Origin: Klebsormidium nitens
Taxonomy: Eukaryota; Plantae; Klebsormidiophyceae
Assembly (NCBI GenBank): GCA_000708835.1
Contig: DF237404.1
Span: 11,759-75,758 of the forward strand
Direction of reading: 5' to 3'
Length of the DNA: 64,000 nt
Below are positions 11,321 through 24,126 of the stretch, one piece after another. Both the position numbers and the translations under genes were made by a program. Every line of letters begins with the position of its first letter. Position 1 is the first letter of the stretch. The notes beneath the pieces were generated by a model, which saw only the letters and a program-made list of their open reading frames with translations, did no database searches and was not told the DNA's origin.

Positions 11321-14300
11321 TTACCAGAAGGACGGAAGCGGCTTCCACACTGAGGCCGCTAGGCCGAGAGCAATGGCGACACCATGGGCTATGTGCAGCC
11401 TCGTTGCGAAGTACTTAGCCATGAAAATGACCACCTTGTTCTGCAGAGAACCAACGGGAAAAAGGCCTTTGGTTGTGGATGTAGTTTTGAATGTGTTTGA
11501 ATGTTAATTGCAACAAATACGGAGCGCTTCGGTACCAATCGCCACGTGCACGTCGAAAGACGAGATAGTTGATATTGACTCGTTTTTGCTCGACACAAGC
11601 AGGTCTTCATCTCGCATCTTGCATCAGGATTGTGTCGGAGCTCGCGCCCGCGGCAACTATTGGCCTGTAAGATCTGCCGGCTAGTAAAGCGCGCCAAAAG
11701 AACCAGACAAATAGAGGGCAAGCTCACCTCGTGGTTCTTTGAGATGAAGTTCTTCACCAGTTTGCCGAGGGGTATCGTTAGAGCTGACAGAATCTGCCAA
11801 AGACGAACTACAAAGGTCAGCCACGTACAGTAGGAGCTTCCAGTCATCGTGACTGGAAGACCGGCTCAGCCTGAATGGTGCTCGGGGTATAAAGTTGAGC
11901 CGGAACTTACTAGATTGAAGTGTCTGATAGTCGGGCATTATCGACTTTGATTAACCTCTCAAGCAGCTAATATTTGATCAAAACTGGACGGTATACCGAC
12001 TGTCTCGAACGGTCAGTTATCGCAGACTCCACTTTCAGTTTGTTAAACTGCATAGTTGGCTGGTAACAACGCCACCACCCTTCCAGAGCGACAATGAGGA
12101 AGAATCTTCCATTTAGCAATAGTAAGCTTTAGCAATAGTAAGCTCACCAGCCTGGGACGGGTAGGGTTAGTCTGGGGGTTAGGGTGGGTTCGGGTGCGGA
12201 GCGAGTGTTTTTGTAGGTTAGGTTTTTAGTGTTAGTGCCGGAGCTTACTATTGCTAGGGCTTACTATTGCTAAATTGAAGAGACATACAATGAGGTCCAC
12301 CCTGACGAACACGTCAATCACTCAGGAATCCAGTCTCGTAAATGCGGTCCCCGCTTCAATTACTACCAGCAGCCAACGCTAGCCCGTGCTGAATCCAATC
12401 ACGACTCCCAACGTGTGGCGCACCCCTGTGCACCGAACATGCACCGAGTCGAGCATCAGTCGAGCACGTGGAAACGATTGGGTCAGATCGACAGTTATGA
12501 CTGGGCTCCGAGACACGTGGCAACATAACGATGTGCGGCTCACCCCGCACCACGTGGGCAGCAGCTTGGTCCCCACGAGCCCCCCGGTCACGAAGTAAAG
12601 CGCAGTCACGGCCGCGCTCGCCACTTGGGCGCCTCTCGCGGTCCCGAGCCGCACCTGGAAACAGGAGACAACGGGCTTTAGGCAAAGCGATATTTTCAGG
12701 CTTGATGATTGAGCCGGTAGTCAAGCAGCAGGAGTGCGTCGAATCCAAACAGACGTTTCTAAGGGAGCGCGTTTTGTGCGCCTAGACAGCCGGTGGTAAA
12801 TCTCGCAAGTTGGGTGACGCAGGGTTTATGATCAAACCCCGTTGTGATTTGTCGCCAAATCTATCCAAGTCAGAATAAGCGGCACGTCTCCTCACAGACA
12901 TTCTGACGGCGCCCGGAAGGCGAGGGCGAGACACGAGAAGAAAATAGTCTGCCTTTGAGCTGTACAAGGTCGTTCTGAGCTGCCAATACAACAGTTCTCG
13001 CTTTACAAAACAAAGTCCAGCAAGCATGCCGGTTCTTGCACCTCTCAATCCGTGAGACTGCGCGCAGAGCCGCAGAAACACTGCCCCATCTCAATCCGTG
13101 ACTGCGTTGGAGATCAGGGGAGCCTAGTGACAATTTCTACAGCCGACAACTGGGCACGCCGTTGACCTGGATGAGAAATTTACAGCTTGCGGCTGTATCG
13201 AGTCTACGGCAAAATGGAGAAGGTAACGCTTCCAATTACTTTAATACAAGTACGTCTCTGGACTGGTGTAACTTGGGGGCCGGGAGCCTTGCACCGACTT
13301 CCACTATCCTTACGCATATGCGTCAAAATAACGTCGCCAAAGCGGTAAACTCACCAGCGGCGACATCTTGCCGACCTTCGCGTCGTCCTCAATCTGCAGA
13401 TCGAAATAGAAACCGCTTGTAAGTTTGCAAGTCTCGATTTTCACGTCGCCAACCGGGCGTCAACCAAGGCACGCGTGACTGATAACCAAGGCAAAACCGC
13501 GGACTGACCCATCGGGGGTCAGGATGGGTTCAGATTACAAAAGGGGTGATGCGGGTGCTGTCGTTTCTCATCAGCTTGCTTCTGAGTTTGGTCTGCTCTT
13601 GACCCAATCTCGAGGTGCGCGGACTTCTACAGTCCCCACAATCGAGAGGCGGATGAGACGATTCCAAAAACATCCTGGAGCGTCAAAACCTACCGCCCGA
13701 TTCTGCAAGAACTTCTCGCACGAAACTTCGCGACATCAATGCAAGTGCGGAACGCCCTGGTGTAAGCGTAGTCGTTTCCGAGGCACCGAAAGCTCTCAAC
13801 CCCATTTTTGTATCTGCTCAGGACGCACACAGCAAAGCTTTCTCTGGCGATCTGGGTTCCGGGCGGCAACCGAAAGGTTGACGAAGCACTCAATCTCTCG
13901 CAACCCTCTTCCACGGCTTTCCATTCGCCAAAGAAACGGACAGAGTCTTCAAAAAGATTCCTGGAGTACATGAAGCAGCATTCCGATGTGTTAACATTTG
14001 ATGCAGTTCCCTTCAGCGACTAAGGGCCTGACGTATTGGAAGTCGGATTGAAGAAAAAAGCGCGAAACTCACTTGGTGAAAGTGCGAGCAGAAAAGGATG
14101 AGCGTGGTGGTGATGCCAACTAGAACGGACGCACCCAGGACCGTTGGAGTCACTTCCGGCAGCGCTTTGCAGCAACTGCACAGAGAGGATACGGTCATTC
14201 AAAAAGAGTCGTGGCGACTCTGGCGACCCATTAACGACTTTCGCTTCCAAAGGTAAAGGTCCAACGCGGCTTTCTAGGCGAAGAGCTGGGGACTAAAGGC

Positions 14301-16982
14301 AAACAATGGTTAGCAGTGTAATCTGGCTGGAACAGTGGTAAGTCTGTCCCTAGAGCAGTGTGGGATATAGTTTGATGGGCACGGGAAGTTTGTCGCCTCC
14401 TACGCCAAGAGGAACAACCTCTGCCTCCGTCTTAGGTAGGGTTAGAGATCAAAGTGTTACCCCCAAGAGTGTGAAAGGACTCCGTAATGAGTATCTGTCT
14501 TGTAATTCAATCGAGGGGCGTCAGCAAGAGCGGCGAATGAGGACGCGGGTAGTCACTTGTGGTGGCGTTAGCAAAAGCGACACTAAGAGTTCGGGTGGCC
14601 CACCTCTTCTTGACTTGGCTCAGGTAGAAGGCGCTCGTGGCTAGCGGCCCAAAGGAGACGAAGCAAAGGGGCTCCCCAAGCCCCATGTAGCCTAGTCGGA
14701 AGGGCGGGCTCTGAAAAGTACAAGGGAAGCACGGTGGTTTAGGTGCCCTGAAACGTGGTTCCGGGTTTTGAAAGTCTTGTCAGGTTACAAGCGTACGTGA
14801 TTGCCCTTGACGACTACGACTTTCTGAGCGATGCCAAAGCGGGGATGTCGGGTAAAGAGCTTGCCTTGACGTTGCCGAACATACGATTGGAGCAAGCTTG
14901 CCAAGCAGACAGCTGAGACACTCCTCCTTCATAGGCTCATCCTATTCTCCAGATCGAAGAACGTAGAGGCAACTCCGTCAAAAACGATGCGAGGAGCGCG
15001 TCAGTACAACCACGGCCATTGACCTTGTTCGCTGAAGTGAAGCGTGAAAGATCTTCTTTAGTCTCACCTGGTAAACATAGCCGCAGGCTACTGCTGCTCC
15101 AAGTAGCCACAGCATCCGTGGGTCGTTTACCGTTTTTGCCAACCAGGCAAAGCCCCCGAACGCGATGATCAACAAAGCAATGGCGATGACCAATACGAGG
15201 TTTCGGCTGCAAGGTACCAAGAACACTTAACAGCTCAGAATGGAGATTCGTCTCGTGTCAAATCATAGGCTATCACAAGGAAGCAACTTTACGTCTGTTT
15301 GCAGGAAACCGGAGACGTTGCGGGTCCTCCGATGAAGACAAAAAGTAGGACATTAAGATCTTCCGTTCTAAGGGCTCCTTAGCAAAAGCAGCACAGTGAC
15401 AGCGATCGGTCTGGAGCCGAAATCGGAAGAGAAGGCTGTGTTTAAGGGTAGTGGACAACGAACCTGCCAGTCATGTTCACAACCGACTCCTTCTTGTTCT
15501 TGTCAACCTCGGTATCTGAATCGAAAACATCGTTCCTGCAGAGTAATACGAAGGGTCAGAACGGACAATCTAAAACAGGACATCAGTATGAATAACAACA
15601 CTTTTTCCGAGTATCATGTGCCCACAACCTACCACCACAAAGGATTGCACTCGGGGCAAGCTGGCCACTTGACAGATGGATCTCTTGTCATTTGATGGTC
15701 ATAATCACTCATGGATCGAAGGAAGTCGTCAAAAAAACAACTCTCTCAAGCTTCCCAAGCACCAGCCACCTTCATGGCTGGTGCTTGGGAAGCTTGAGTC
15801 ACAAAATTTAAATTAGAGCTGCTACACTTAGTCTGTTGTCCTATCAAAACAACGCTGAGCCATGATCAACTATCAGTGAGTTGTATCTTGGTTTGTCCTA
15901 ATTCTATGCTAAGATGAACATATTTTCGAACTTTCCCCTGGTTCTGGTTCCTCACAAACATAGCGGAGCAATCCTCAAGCGAACTAGGAGTATCAAGAAG
16001 AAACCTTGGTTTCAACTTACGTCAAGTTTAGCCATGCTATGACCAGGCATGATGATCCCAACAAGGTCCAGAATCTGGAGTGATAGAAGACACCAGTCTT
16101 CTGATACGCGGCTGCGGCCCCAACCTGCAGAACAAGCCGGTTCGGCACTGCTTAGCGAACAACGCGTTGGCACTTATTGTCACATCATTCGCCCCCGCTG
16201 ATGACTTCCTCTCGTTTATTGGCCACATCTACAATGAATCCAACCACGACTTTGATTTACCCAAATTTGGGTCGTCAACGAGCATCTTGTCACTCTGTTG
16301 CGACCAAGTGCCTGCCTTTTCCACCCCAAATGTCTGTCATTTTTGCACCAGTAAAGTCAAAGTTTAGAAACGTAATCACAGCATGGTTTACCACTCAAAG
16401 TTGGTGCCACCACCCAACATTTATCTCCACAGTTTCCTAGGGTACTTTGGAGACCTCTTCTGTTGATCCACTCCAGGACCAATTGGCCTTGTTTCTACAT
16501 GGTGCACTCACCAGGATGGGAATCAATGCCACGGTGTAAATTGGAAGCTTGACGGCCCTCCATATCAGTGTGGCCTGGCTCAATTCCTCTTCTACTGGTG
16601 GTGGTTCAGTTGCCTCCGCCAGCGGCTCCTCTATAGGCGGAACAAAGTCCCCTGCTGTGCACGCAACTCTTTTTCCTGTTCTCTTGTGCCTTTCAAGTTG
16701 TAGTCCTCCTGCAAGGGGGACTCTGCTGCCGTTGCCTCCCGCATCTGGTCTTAGCGTCGACCGTCCCCTCTGTAAACATGGCAGAGTGGCTTTCTCAATC
16801 GTGCTGAATGGAATGGGTAACGTCCCCATTGGACGTGAAGAGCGCCTGGCGTTTTGGTAGGCAGACCCTTGCACAGGCTGCTGTGTGGCAGGACATCCCG
16901 CTGCAGAGATTGTGCTGGCTTCTCTGTACATAGTCAGATTGCCAATGTGCTCCACTGTGCGGGCTGCCGAAAGGTGTGCCAT
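11321..16982 (-). CDS. menA: 1,4-dihydroxy-2-naphthoate phytyltransferase (UbiA family, phylloquinone biosynthesis; Arabidopsis ABC4 homolog), ~10 exons
   Basis: Exon peptides in order: LIWRAVKLPIYTVALIPIL (ends 16512); VGAAAAY...IAWLNL (16124-16021); NDVFDSDTEVDKNKKESVVNM (~15540-15470); CGYVYQ (~15070); SPPFRLGYMGLGEPLCFVSFGPLATSAFY (~14710-14610); VGITTTLILFCSHFHQ (~14070); IEDDAKVGKMSPL (~13390-13355); VRLGTARG (~12655-12545); LTIPLGKLVKNF (~11790-11730); IFMAKYFATRLH...FW* (to 11321). Confidence 0.93.
12105..12281. mobile_element. MITE-like element in a MenA intron
   Basis: Terminal inverted repeats tcttc(c/a)atttagcaatagtaagc, with the tagcaatagtaagc unit duplicated at each end. The G-rich interior has ttaggg-like motifs. 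No clear TSD. Confidence 0.7.
15745..15798. repeat. Perfect 24-bp inverted repeat (hairpin) in a MenA intron
   Basis: ctcaagcttcccaagcaccagcca / ccttca / tggctggtgcttgggaagcttgag. Confidence 0.9.
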
Positions 16983-18411
16983 TGTGCAAGTTTTCCTGGC
17001 GACAGCAAGATAAAGCAATTCTGACAGGGTACCACCGCTTGACACACCTTTTGAGACGTGATTCGCAGGGTGCGACCACTTGAAGCAGGTGATTCAGCAC
17101 GATGCTGTGCTTACAGAGCGCGCACTGTGGTAAACCGCCTGCAAACGGTGTCCTGCGTCTACAAGTTTGAAATACTTAGCTTCTCTTACTCCTCCGTCAG
17201 CAAAAAGTGGTAGAACAATGCTGACACTGACAGCAATTTTTCTAGGGGAGATTTGGAAACACATGAGGACCATTGAGGCGTGCCTCACAAATGGACCTTT
17301 GAATCGATTGGAACGCGCAATGATGGCTTCTGTCGGTGTCGTTGTATCCGCAAATGGGAACTGGGAATGTGCGTTTGCAGCACACGGCAAGTACTGTGCA
17401 GGGCATTTGCCAATCATGTGGCACAACCCGATCTTAGGATCAACTTCTACGCAATCCCAGCGGCTGAAAACGCCATGTCAGCTACCACATGTTCATCCGA
17501 CGGTCCCGGTGTGGCGCAAAATCTTAGCTCTGGCTGGCAAATTAATTCACGGCACATGCAAACAGGGTTGCGAGTATGTTTTGAAGGTTCTACCTAATCA
17601 CATGGTAATACCCGTACTGGCGGCCACCCTGCAACAATGAAAAGATGACGGCCGGCACAGTTTAGGAATACTAAGCCGTAGGAACAGTAACCTCAAACCA
17701 ACATGATGAAAAGCCCCAACGGCCATGAGGGCCAGTAGCTATGTTACTGCAGCGCATCGTACATGGCAGACTCCAGCTAGCCACAGATTCTTACACCCTC
17801 GGATGGCCTCGTGGATTTTGAAAGGTCTCGTCGCATGTATAACCCAAGATCGCATGGGCTTACCCATGCAGCAGTCAAATCTGGATAATACTATACAATC
17901 CATCATCTCATGGAGAATGCCCCGCTTGGACTTGTGGGCAACTTGTTAAATACAGTTGGACTTCGATACGCACCAGTAAGTCGATCGATCATAGGCGCAC
18001 AATCTGATCCTTCGGGAGTCCACCAGCGTGCCCATTGATGCCCTTACGGCGTCATAGTCCGCTCACCGTGGCACTGTTTCATCTGCTTGATTAGGTGGGA
18101 TGCCGCGCGGCAGTGGCCGAGATCATTTAGTGATACATTCATTGCTGCCGGGCCGTCACGGGGTGCACGCAACACCCACGTTGGATGACGAGCCTGAGTT
18201 ACAAGGGTCAGCGTTGCTGCTTTCTTTTCATCGTTAATCGGGCACTCATGATATATTAGTCTTCTAAGCAGTAAAGGTCACATTCAGAACCCGGATTACA
18301 GTTTGCTTGCTACTCTGGTTACAGACGGTAAGAGATCAATGACCCCGTTTCTTTCGTCGCATAAGGTTTCCGAACTACAGCGATAAGACCTGGCAGTAGT
18401 CCCTGCTTGTG

Positions 18412-21400
18412 TCACGAATGATCGGCATCGAAGCGGCTCATGTATCTCTTTGCCTCCTCTTCAGTCGAAGGGAGCACTCTTCGAACGACGGTCGCGTGGC
18501 TTTTCAAGTCGTCCGGGTGTACAGTAAAGGTGAAATAGAAGGTGTTCGATACCTGCAGCAAGAGTGGCGCTCAGGTCAGTAAAGTATGCAAGTCAGAGTC
18601 CGACTAGTATCCCCGCCGAGCTTCTACAAGTCTCTCACTCGATGATTCTATCGCCGCTTCTTCCCTGGAACATGAGTACTTCGGTGCCACAATCCAATCA
18701 GTCGTAAGCAGCTGACCACACGTACGACAGGAACTTCAGCAGTCCATACGAAACAGACCCATCAAAGACCAACGGCCCAATGAAACGCGTCATGGACAGT
18801 CGGGATTGCAAACGGAGAGAAGCAATCGCTTCCTGCCTACGCTGCAATCTGTCCGCGCACACCCCTCATCAAGAATACCGATGGGTCACAACAAGACTTG
18901 TCAAGCGCATTCAGGACTAATGACAAGTCCGTCGACGCTCGGGGGAGCCGGATGTAAGCATATCTCCATCAATTATTTCGACGGATGGTTCCCGCTTTGC
19001 CTCCCCCTCAGCGACCAAGCGTCTGATTGAATGCGCTTTTCTCAACTGGCACACGTCTTGCCGGCCGATACTAAACGATACTGAGCCCGACGTTACCTGA
19101 CTAGTGCGCAGCTCCGGCTTGGTGACGTAAGCCACGACTTCCACGTGGATCAGGGGCCGCACCAGGTCGCTCTGCTCGGTGTAAAGCACGCATGACTTGA
19201 ACCGCAGCAGATCGCCCACGTCCACCTATTGAAACAGTCGTTAGAACCGGTTGCTTTTTGAATGCTGCGGAAACGAAGATGAACGGTTCACTGACTCCAG
19301 GCGGAATCTTCGGAGTGGCTCGCCATCGTTGACGACGTCGTGCGACGATAACAACCGCCCTTTTTCTAAACGGAAAGGCTGTCAGGCCTTCGAATACATG
19401 AGCATCGCAAAGCTCAACGGACCGGCCGACGAATTGGGAATCGCTGAGTCGCCACCGACTGCGTACTAACATGCAAATTTGAACCTTTACACAAGAAGAT
19501 CATCTTCTCGGATCGAAGGCCATAAAGTCAAAGTATCCCAACATTCGGGCAACGTAGACAGTGGTTATCCCGCTTTCGAGGGCAACGGAAGCAGCAGCGG
19601 ACAAGCGCGGAGCAAGAACGAAGACCACTCGAAGCCGCAAATCTGGAAATCATCGGGGGCGTCATATATGGCAATTTCAGGAGGTACCGATGCTCAGGAA
19701 CTGAAGTTCGGTCCCTATGGAACCGAAAACCAATGTTCTCGACCCCTAGACATTACTTCGCAATTTCTGAGGCACGGTCCGCCCCTCAGGGACGCTGGTT
19801 CGAAAGACGAAGTTTCTAAACAGTGGCTCTCACTCTCGGACAGCGTACACAACCGTAAATAGTTTTACGTTTCATGCAATCCGTCCCTCAAGTAATTATG
19901 ACAGAACGCTTTCCCGAGGAGCAGCCGCTACCTTAATGAGCGACGCCGCTCTTCCGAGATCTCAGATTTGACCGCCCTGTGAAAGGTGGTATCGTGCACT
20001 TCGCCGGAAGCAAACCCCTCTTTCCGAAGGCTCTACCACGAAGTTGTACAATTCGGGAATAGCGACCGTGCTAGACTTGAAGGCTGAACCAGCTTCTTCG
20101 AAGAGACACCCTCGACGACCAGTGAAAGAGTAGTGCGCTCAATTTTGGACGAACCCATTTTCAGACAGGCAAACCCCGAAAATTAACTTTGCGCTCAGAC
20201 AACCCGTTCTGCGGCTGCTCGTGCGCGGCGGTTTTTGACGTGGCGTTCGCAGTGCCATCAGGATACGAGCGGCGCACGAAACATGTTACACACACGCACG
20301 CACGGCCGTAGACTGTAACAAATTGTCCGGGTTTACATTCGCGTTTGCCCGTCAGAGAGTTAAAACCGTCCAACATTGGGGCACGCCAGTCTTCACATGC
20401 CAGCCAATGGACGGCGGCTTCTCACCGGGCGCTGGAAGGTGATGTCGTGCATTTCGAGGAAGGCGGGCCGCGTGCCACAGAAGACGTAGCAGGTGGAGAA
20501 GGCGAGCTCGAAGGCGCGCCGCATGAGGAAGCCCCCGAAGATGCGGCCGTGCATGTTGCGCTGCTGCGGCTGGCACAGGAACGCGTTCTCCAGCCGGGTG
20601 TCGCGGATCAGCATGCTGCGGGGAAACGGGGGTGGCGTAATGATTCGTGGGATAATCAAGAACTGACCTTCGAAAGACTTAGGAAGAAAACTTAAGATGG
20701 ATTTGAGAATAGGTGGAGAGGACTTGAGATGTCCGACGAGAAATTGGAGACGCGAAGGGGCCCGACGTGACTTCGGAAGGGAATATAGAGAAGTTGATTT
20801 GGCCGAACATGGATGCCGTGAGTGTTCGAGAACCGACCAAAAAGTAATCAGCCGGCAGAATGGAACTCGAATCTGACCCTGACTCTTGCGCTTCTCTGTA
20901 AAGAGACGGAAAGAGCCTTAGAACAATCTGGCTAGGGTCTGAGGAAGTTGCATGACAACAGCTCTAAAATTTTCCAAGGCCGCCAGAAAGGTCGTTTGCG
21001 GAGTTGGAGACTTCCAACAACACTCGTACTTCACTGCTGGTTGTGGCCTGCTGTCAGAGAGTGACCGGAAAAGTTCGCGTTTCAAAGCACGAGGAAGCAA
21101 CCAACTTCCGCTGCGGCTCTCAACAGCGGAATTTCCGCCTTCTACTTCGAAAGAAGGACCAGACGTCCTGATTGCCAAGGCTAAGCCATCGAACCAGCTC
21201 ACGCTCATTGTCGAGTGGACCTGTTCAAGCGACGAACATTCGATGAGACTTGAAGAACGACTCGTACCTGTTCCTGTCAGCCAGAGCTGGCAACTCCAGC
21301 ATCGTCCTCCCCGCGGCAAGAAAGGCCTCCATCCGGTCCCGCTGCTCTTTGGTGAGGGCCTCGTCCTTCCCAGCACCGCTCTTTCGCCTCACTTTCCTGG

Positions 21401-23600
21401 CAGCGTCCCGCGCCTCCCCCTCCGCAAACAGGGCCTTCTCCTCAGCGGTGTCTGGAGCAAGGGGGTTAATGGCGGCCGCCTTGTTGGTGGTGATGTCACG
21501 CGCCACGAAGGTGAAGTTGGCAACTAGGGGAGGGCGGGAATCTGCGCAGTGGACATGGAGAGGCTCTGGGATTAGGCCATTTTTTTTGACACGTGCTGTG
21601 CAGGCTGAATTCCGGCCGCACAGTATGAGGGGCCGTTCTCGTGCGGACATCGCACCTCTGCGAAGATTGACTTTGCGAGTAGGAGAGCTTTTGAAGCATC
21701 AGGAAACGACTAGGCCAAATGTCGTTTACGTTGAAGGCGTCTTGTTTTGTGAAGTCAGGACGGACGTCTGTCAGAAATGTCGGGACAGCTTCGCAGAGTC
21801 GTTCACAAAGACAACGTTTAAGTGGAAGGGATCGAAGTAAACATAACAACTTCGACAATGCTCATATGCGCTTACGCGACTGCCCTGCAGAGCCGAAAGT
21901 GTTGACGCACAAGCTGAACTTCGATAACAACCCCAGAAAGGAGGCCGAGACCATTTCATCACAAGCTGGCAGGTGAGTCACAAGAAGAGAGACGAAAGCT
22001 CTGCTTGAGCGATAGGCGACACAGTGTTGTGGGTGAAGGTCATAAACAGAAAAGCATCAAGTCAGTACTCCTCACCAGGCTGTTCCGCACTCGCATTGGG
22101 CTGGTCCAGTCTGATCTGAATCTCCATCGAGCTGCGCCCCACCCACGTCACCTTCCCAGTCACAGCAAGATCGGCATCCATTCGGATGTGGCGAGCGAGC
22201 CGGATCCTGTCGACAGACGCGGTGACGAGCAGCAACGGACGCGTCTCAGGGTCGTTGTCACTGCAGTGCTGGAACGCCACACTGCCAGCAACTGTACGAA
22301 GAAACGATCCGTTTGGGAGCCCGGCTTTTGCAGGATAAACGAAACGTGGCACATGAGAGATTGAGAGGACAGAGGCTGGACCTCAGAGGAGTGGACCCCA
22401 AGAAAGTCTACATTTAGGAGAGTGCCAAGTAGCAGGGGCCGCGCATGAGAGGTGCGGGAAACATTTGTTCTTATCAATGACCTTCGACCAGAATTTCAAT
22501 TGCTGAAGTGGGTGGCACGGGTCAAGGACGATTGCAGGTGAAGACAGAGTGAGCAAAACAGTCGAAGAAACGAGAAAGTTTCAAATTGGCAGAAGATTCT
22601 TAGTCATTTTGGAAAGCCACACTGTCCTGATCATGTCATCTCAAGCCAAAGCTCAAAAGAAGGGTGTAACTTTGAAGGATTCCTATCCTCATCAAATCTC
22701 GATCTCCCTCAGCGGGCAAGCATTTCCTACAAGTTTGGGACCTTCACCAGCTCACACAAAGGATCTCTCCTAGTAGTCTGCGCGGTGCAGTCTGCGCGGT
22801 GCTTGGACGGTTCAAAAAGCTAGAATCTACACACAAGGACCATCTCGAATGGGCACACCCGACTCACTTGCATCCAGGTCCTCTAATAGCCTGCCTACTC
22901 GCATGGAGTCCCATGGATTACGGTACTTTTCTCTTAGCGCCAGGTCTTGTGAGAAGGGGTACTCCAAACTCAACATGCTATCCTCTGGCTTCTTCACAAT
23001 CAGCTCCTTTTGAGGGGGCTTGGCATAGTCCACCGCAGGCGCCGGCGCCTCCATAGCGTTTCGGATTTTCCATAGCCTATCGATGACAGGCGAGTGGTGC
23101 TGCCCAGGGCGAGTGGCGGTGGCTGTGTCAGAGTTTTCAGCTGGAGCCAGGTGTGCAGTGTGAAACTTCCGCATGAAACTTCTGGAAGAAGGACCGGAAG
23201 ACTCCGCGCTTTGTGAGCTGGTCGATGGACCCCAGCTTTGATTGAGGGGGGGCTTGTTAGCATCCCAAAAAGAGGGCAACGAGGACAAGAGGAAAGCGGT
23301 TCTAAGAGCCTTGATGCCATCCATGTGTGGTGACATGTTACTGGTTAACGATGGTGCTGAGTTTGAGACGGAAGGCGTTTTCAGGTTGGTGTCCGCACTT
23401 GTGAGGCCAGTATTGAATTGCCCATTCTTCTTCTTTGGCGCTGCCAAGAGATCATTAAGCTGAATTTCTGTCTCTGCTGGCTCGACCACCACTGGATACA
23501 AGTCCCAAATGCAATTATGCGCACCTCGAAGGCTTCCCATCGCCCTGCTTTGCAACGCTCTCCAGACAGGAGAGCCTGTGTTCACAAGCAACCGAGCCAT
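18412..23600 (-). CDS. Acyl-CoA thioesterase, double hotdog fold (ACOT9-like), organelle-targeted, ~6 exons
   Basis: Peptides: YRNPWDSMRVGRLLEDLDA|IAGSVAFQHC; LLLVTASVDRI...GKVTWVGRSSMEI; NFTFVARD...AAINPL; QPQQRNMHGRIFGGFLMRRAFELAF; PVDVGDLLRFKSCVLYT; VSNTFYFTF...RVLPSTEEEA...HS* (stop 18414-18412). Confidence 0.92.
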
Positions 23601-24126
23601 TGCGGGAGCTCCCTGCTCGCACTGCCAGCAGCTTCGAGAATGATTCTGAGCGACTTCTCAATAATCGATTGAGCTTCACTGGCCAGCACAATCTGCCTCT
23701 CTTGCACGCGAGACCAAAACCTTAGGCTTTGCTGGCTTGTGCTTTGAAGCCCAGCAACGTTTAGTTTACTTTTGAGTTCCGATCGGGGTTAGATGTTCAA
23801 CCTGGAAACCGGGCACTTCGATCTGGACACTTGCTGTACAGCCTCAGGTACAATAGTCGAACTGTACCTACCGGATGAAGTTAACCTTTCGAACCAAACC
23901 TCCTGATTAACATCCCGTTAGGGTCTAACCCCAATTGCCCCAGGAACACGCTGCACAGCTCACTGTCCGGTCTTGAAGTTGAACTTGAAGCTGCAAAGCG
24001 CTGTCACTGTCAGAAGTTGAACAAAGAAAGCAGAGCTTAGGCGGGCTCAGGAAGGGCGTTGTTGAAAGAGGGCGCATCAGGGAGATAAGCTTGAGGAGCA
24101 GCATTCTGCTGTGGTGGCAGCAAGTC

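Noticed and set aside
17167-17975. 157-aa ORF and an exon-like segment upstream of menA
   Set aside because: No recognisable domain and no consistent splice chain; probably promoter or UTR.
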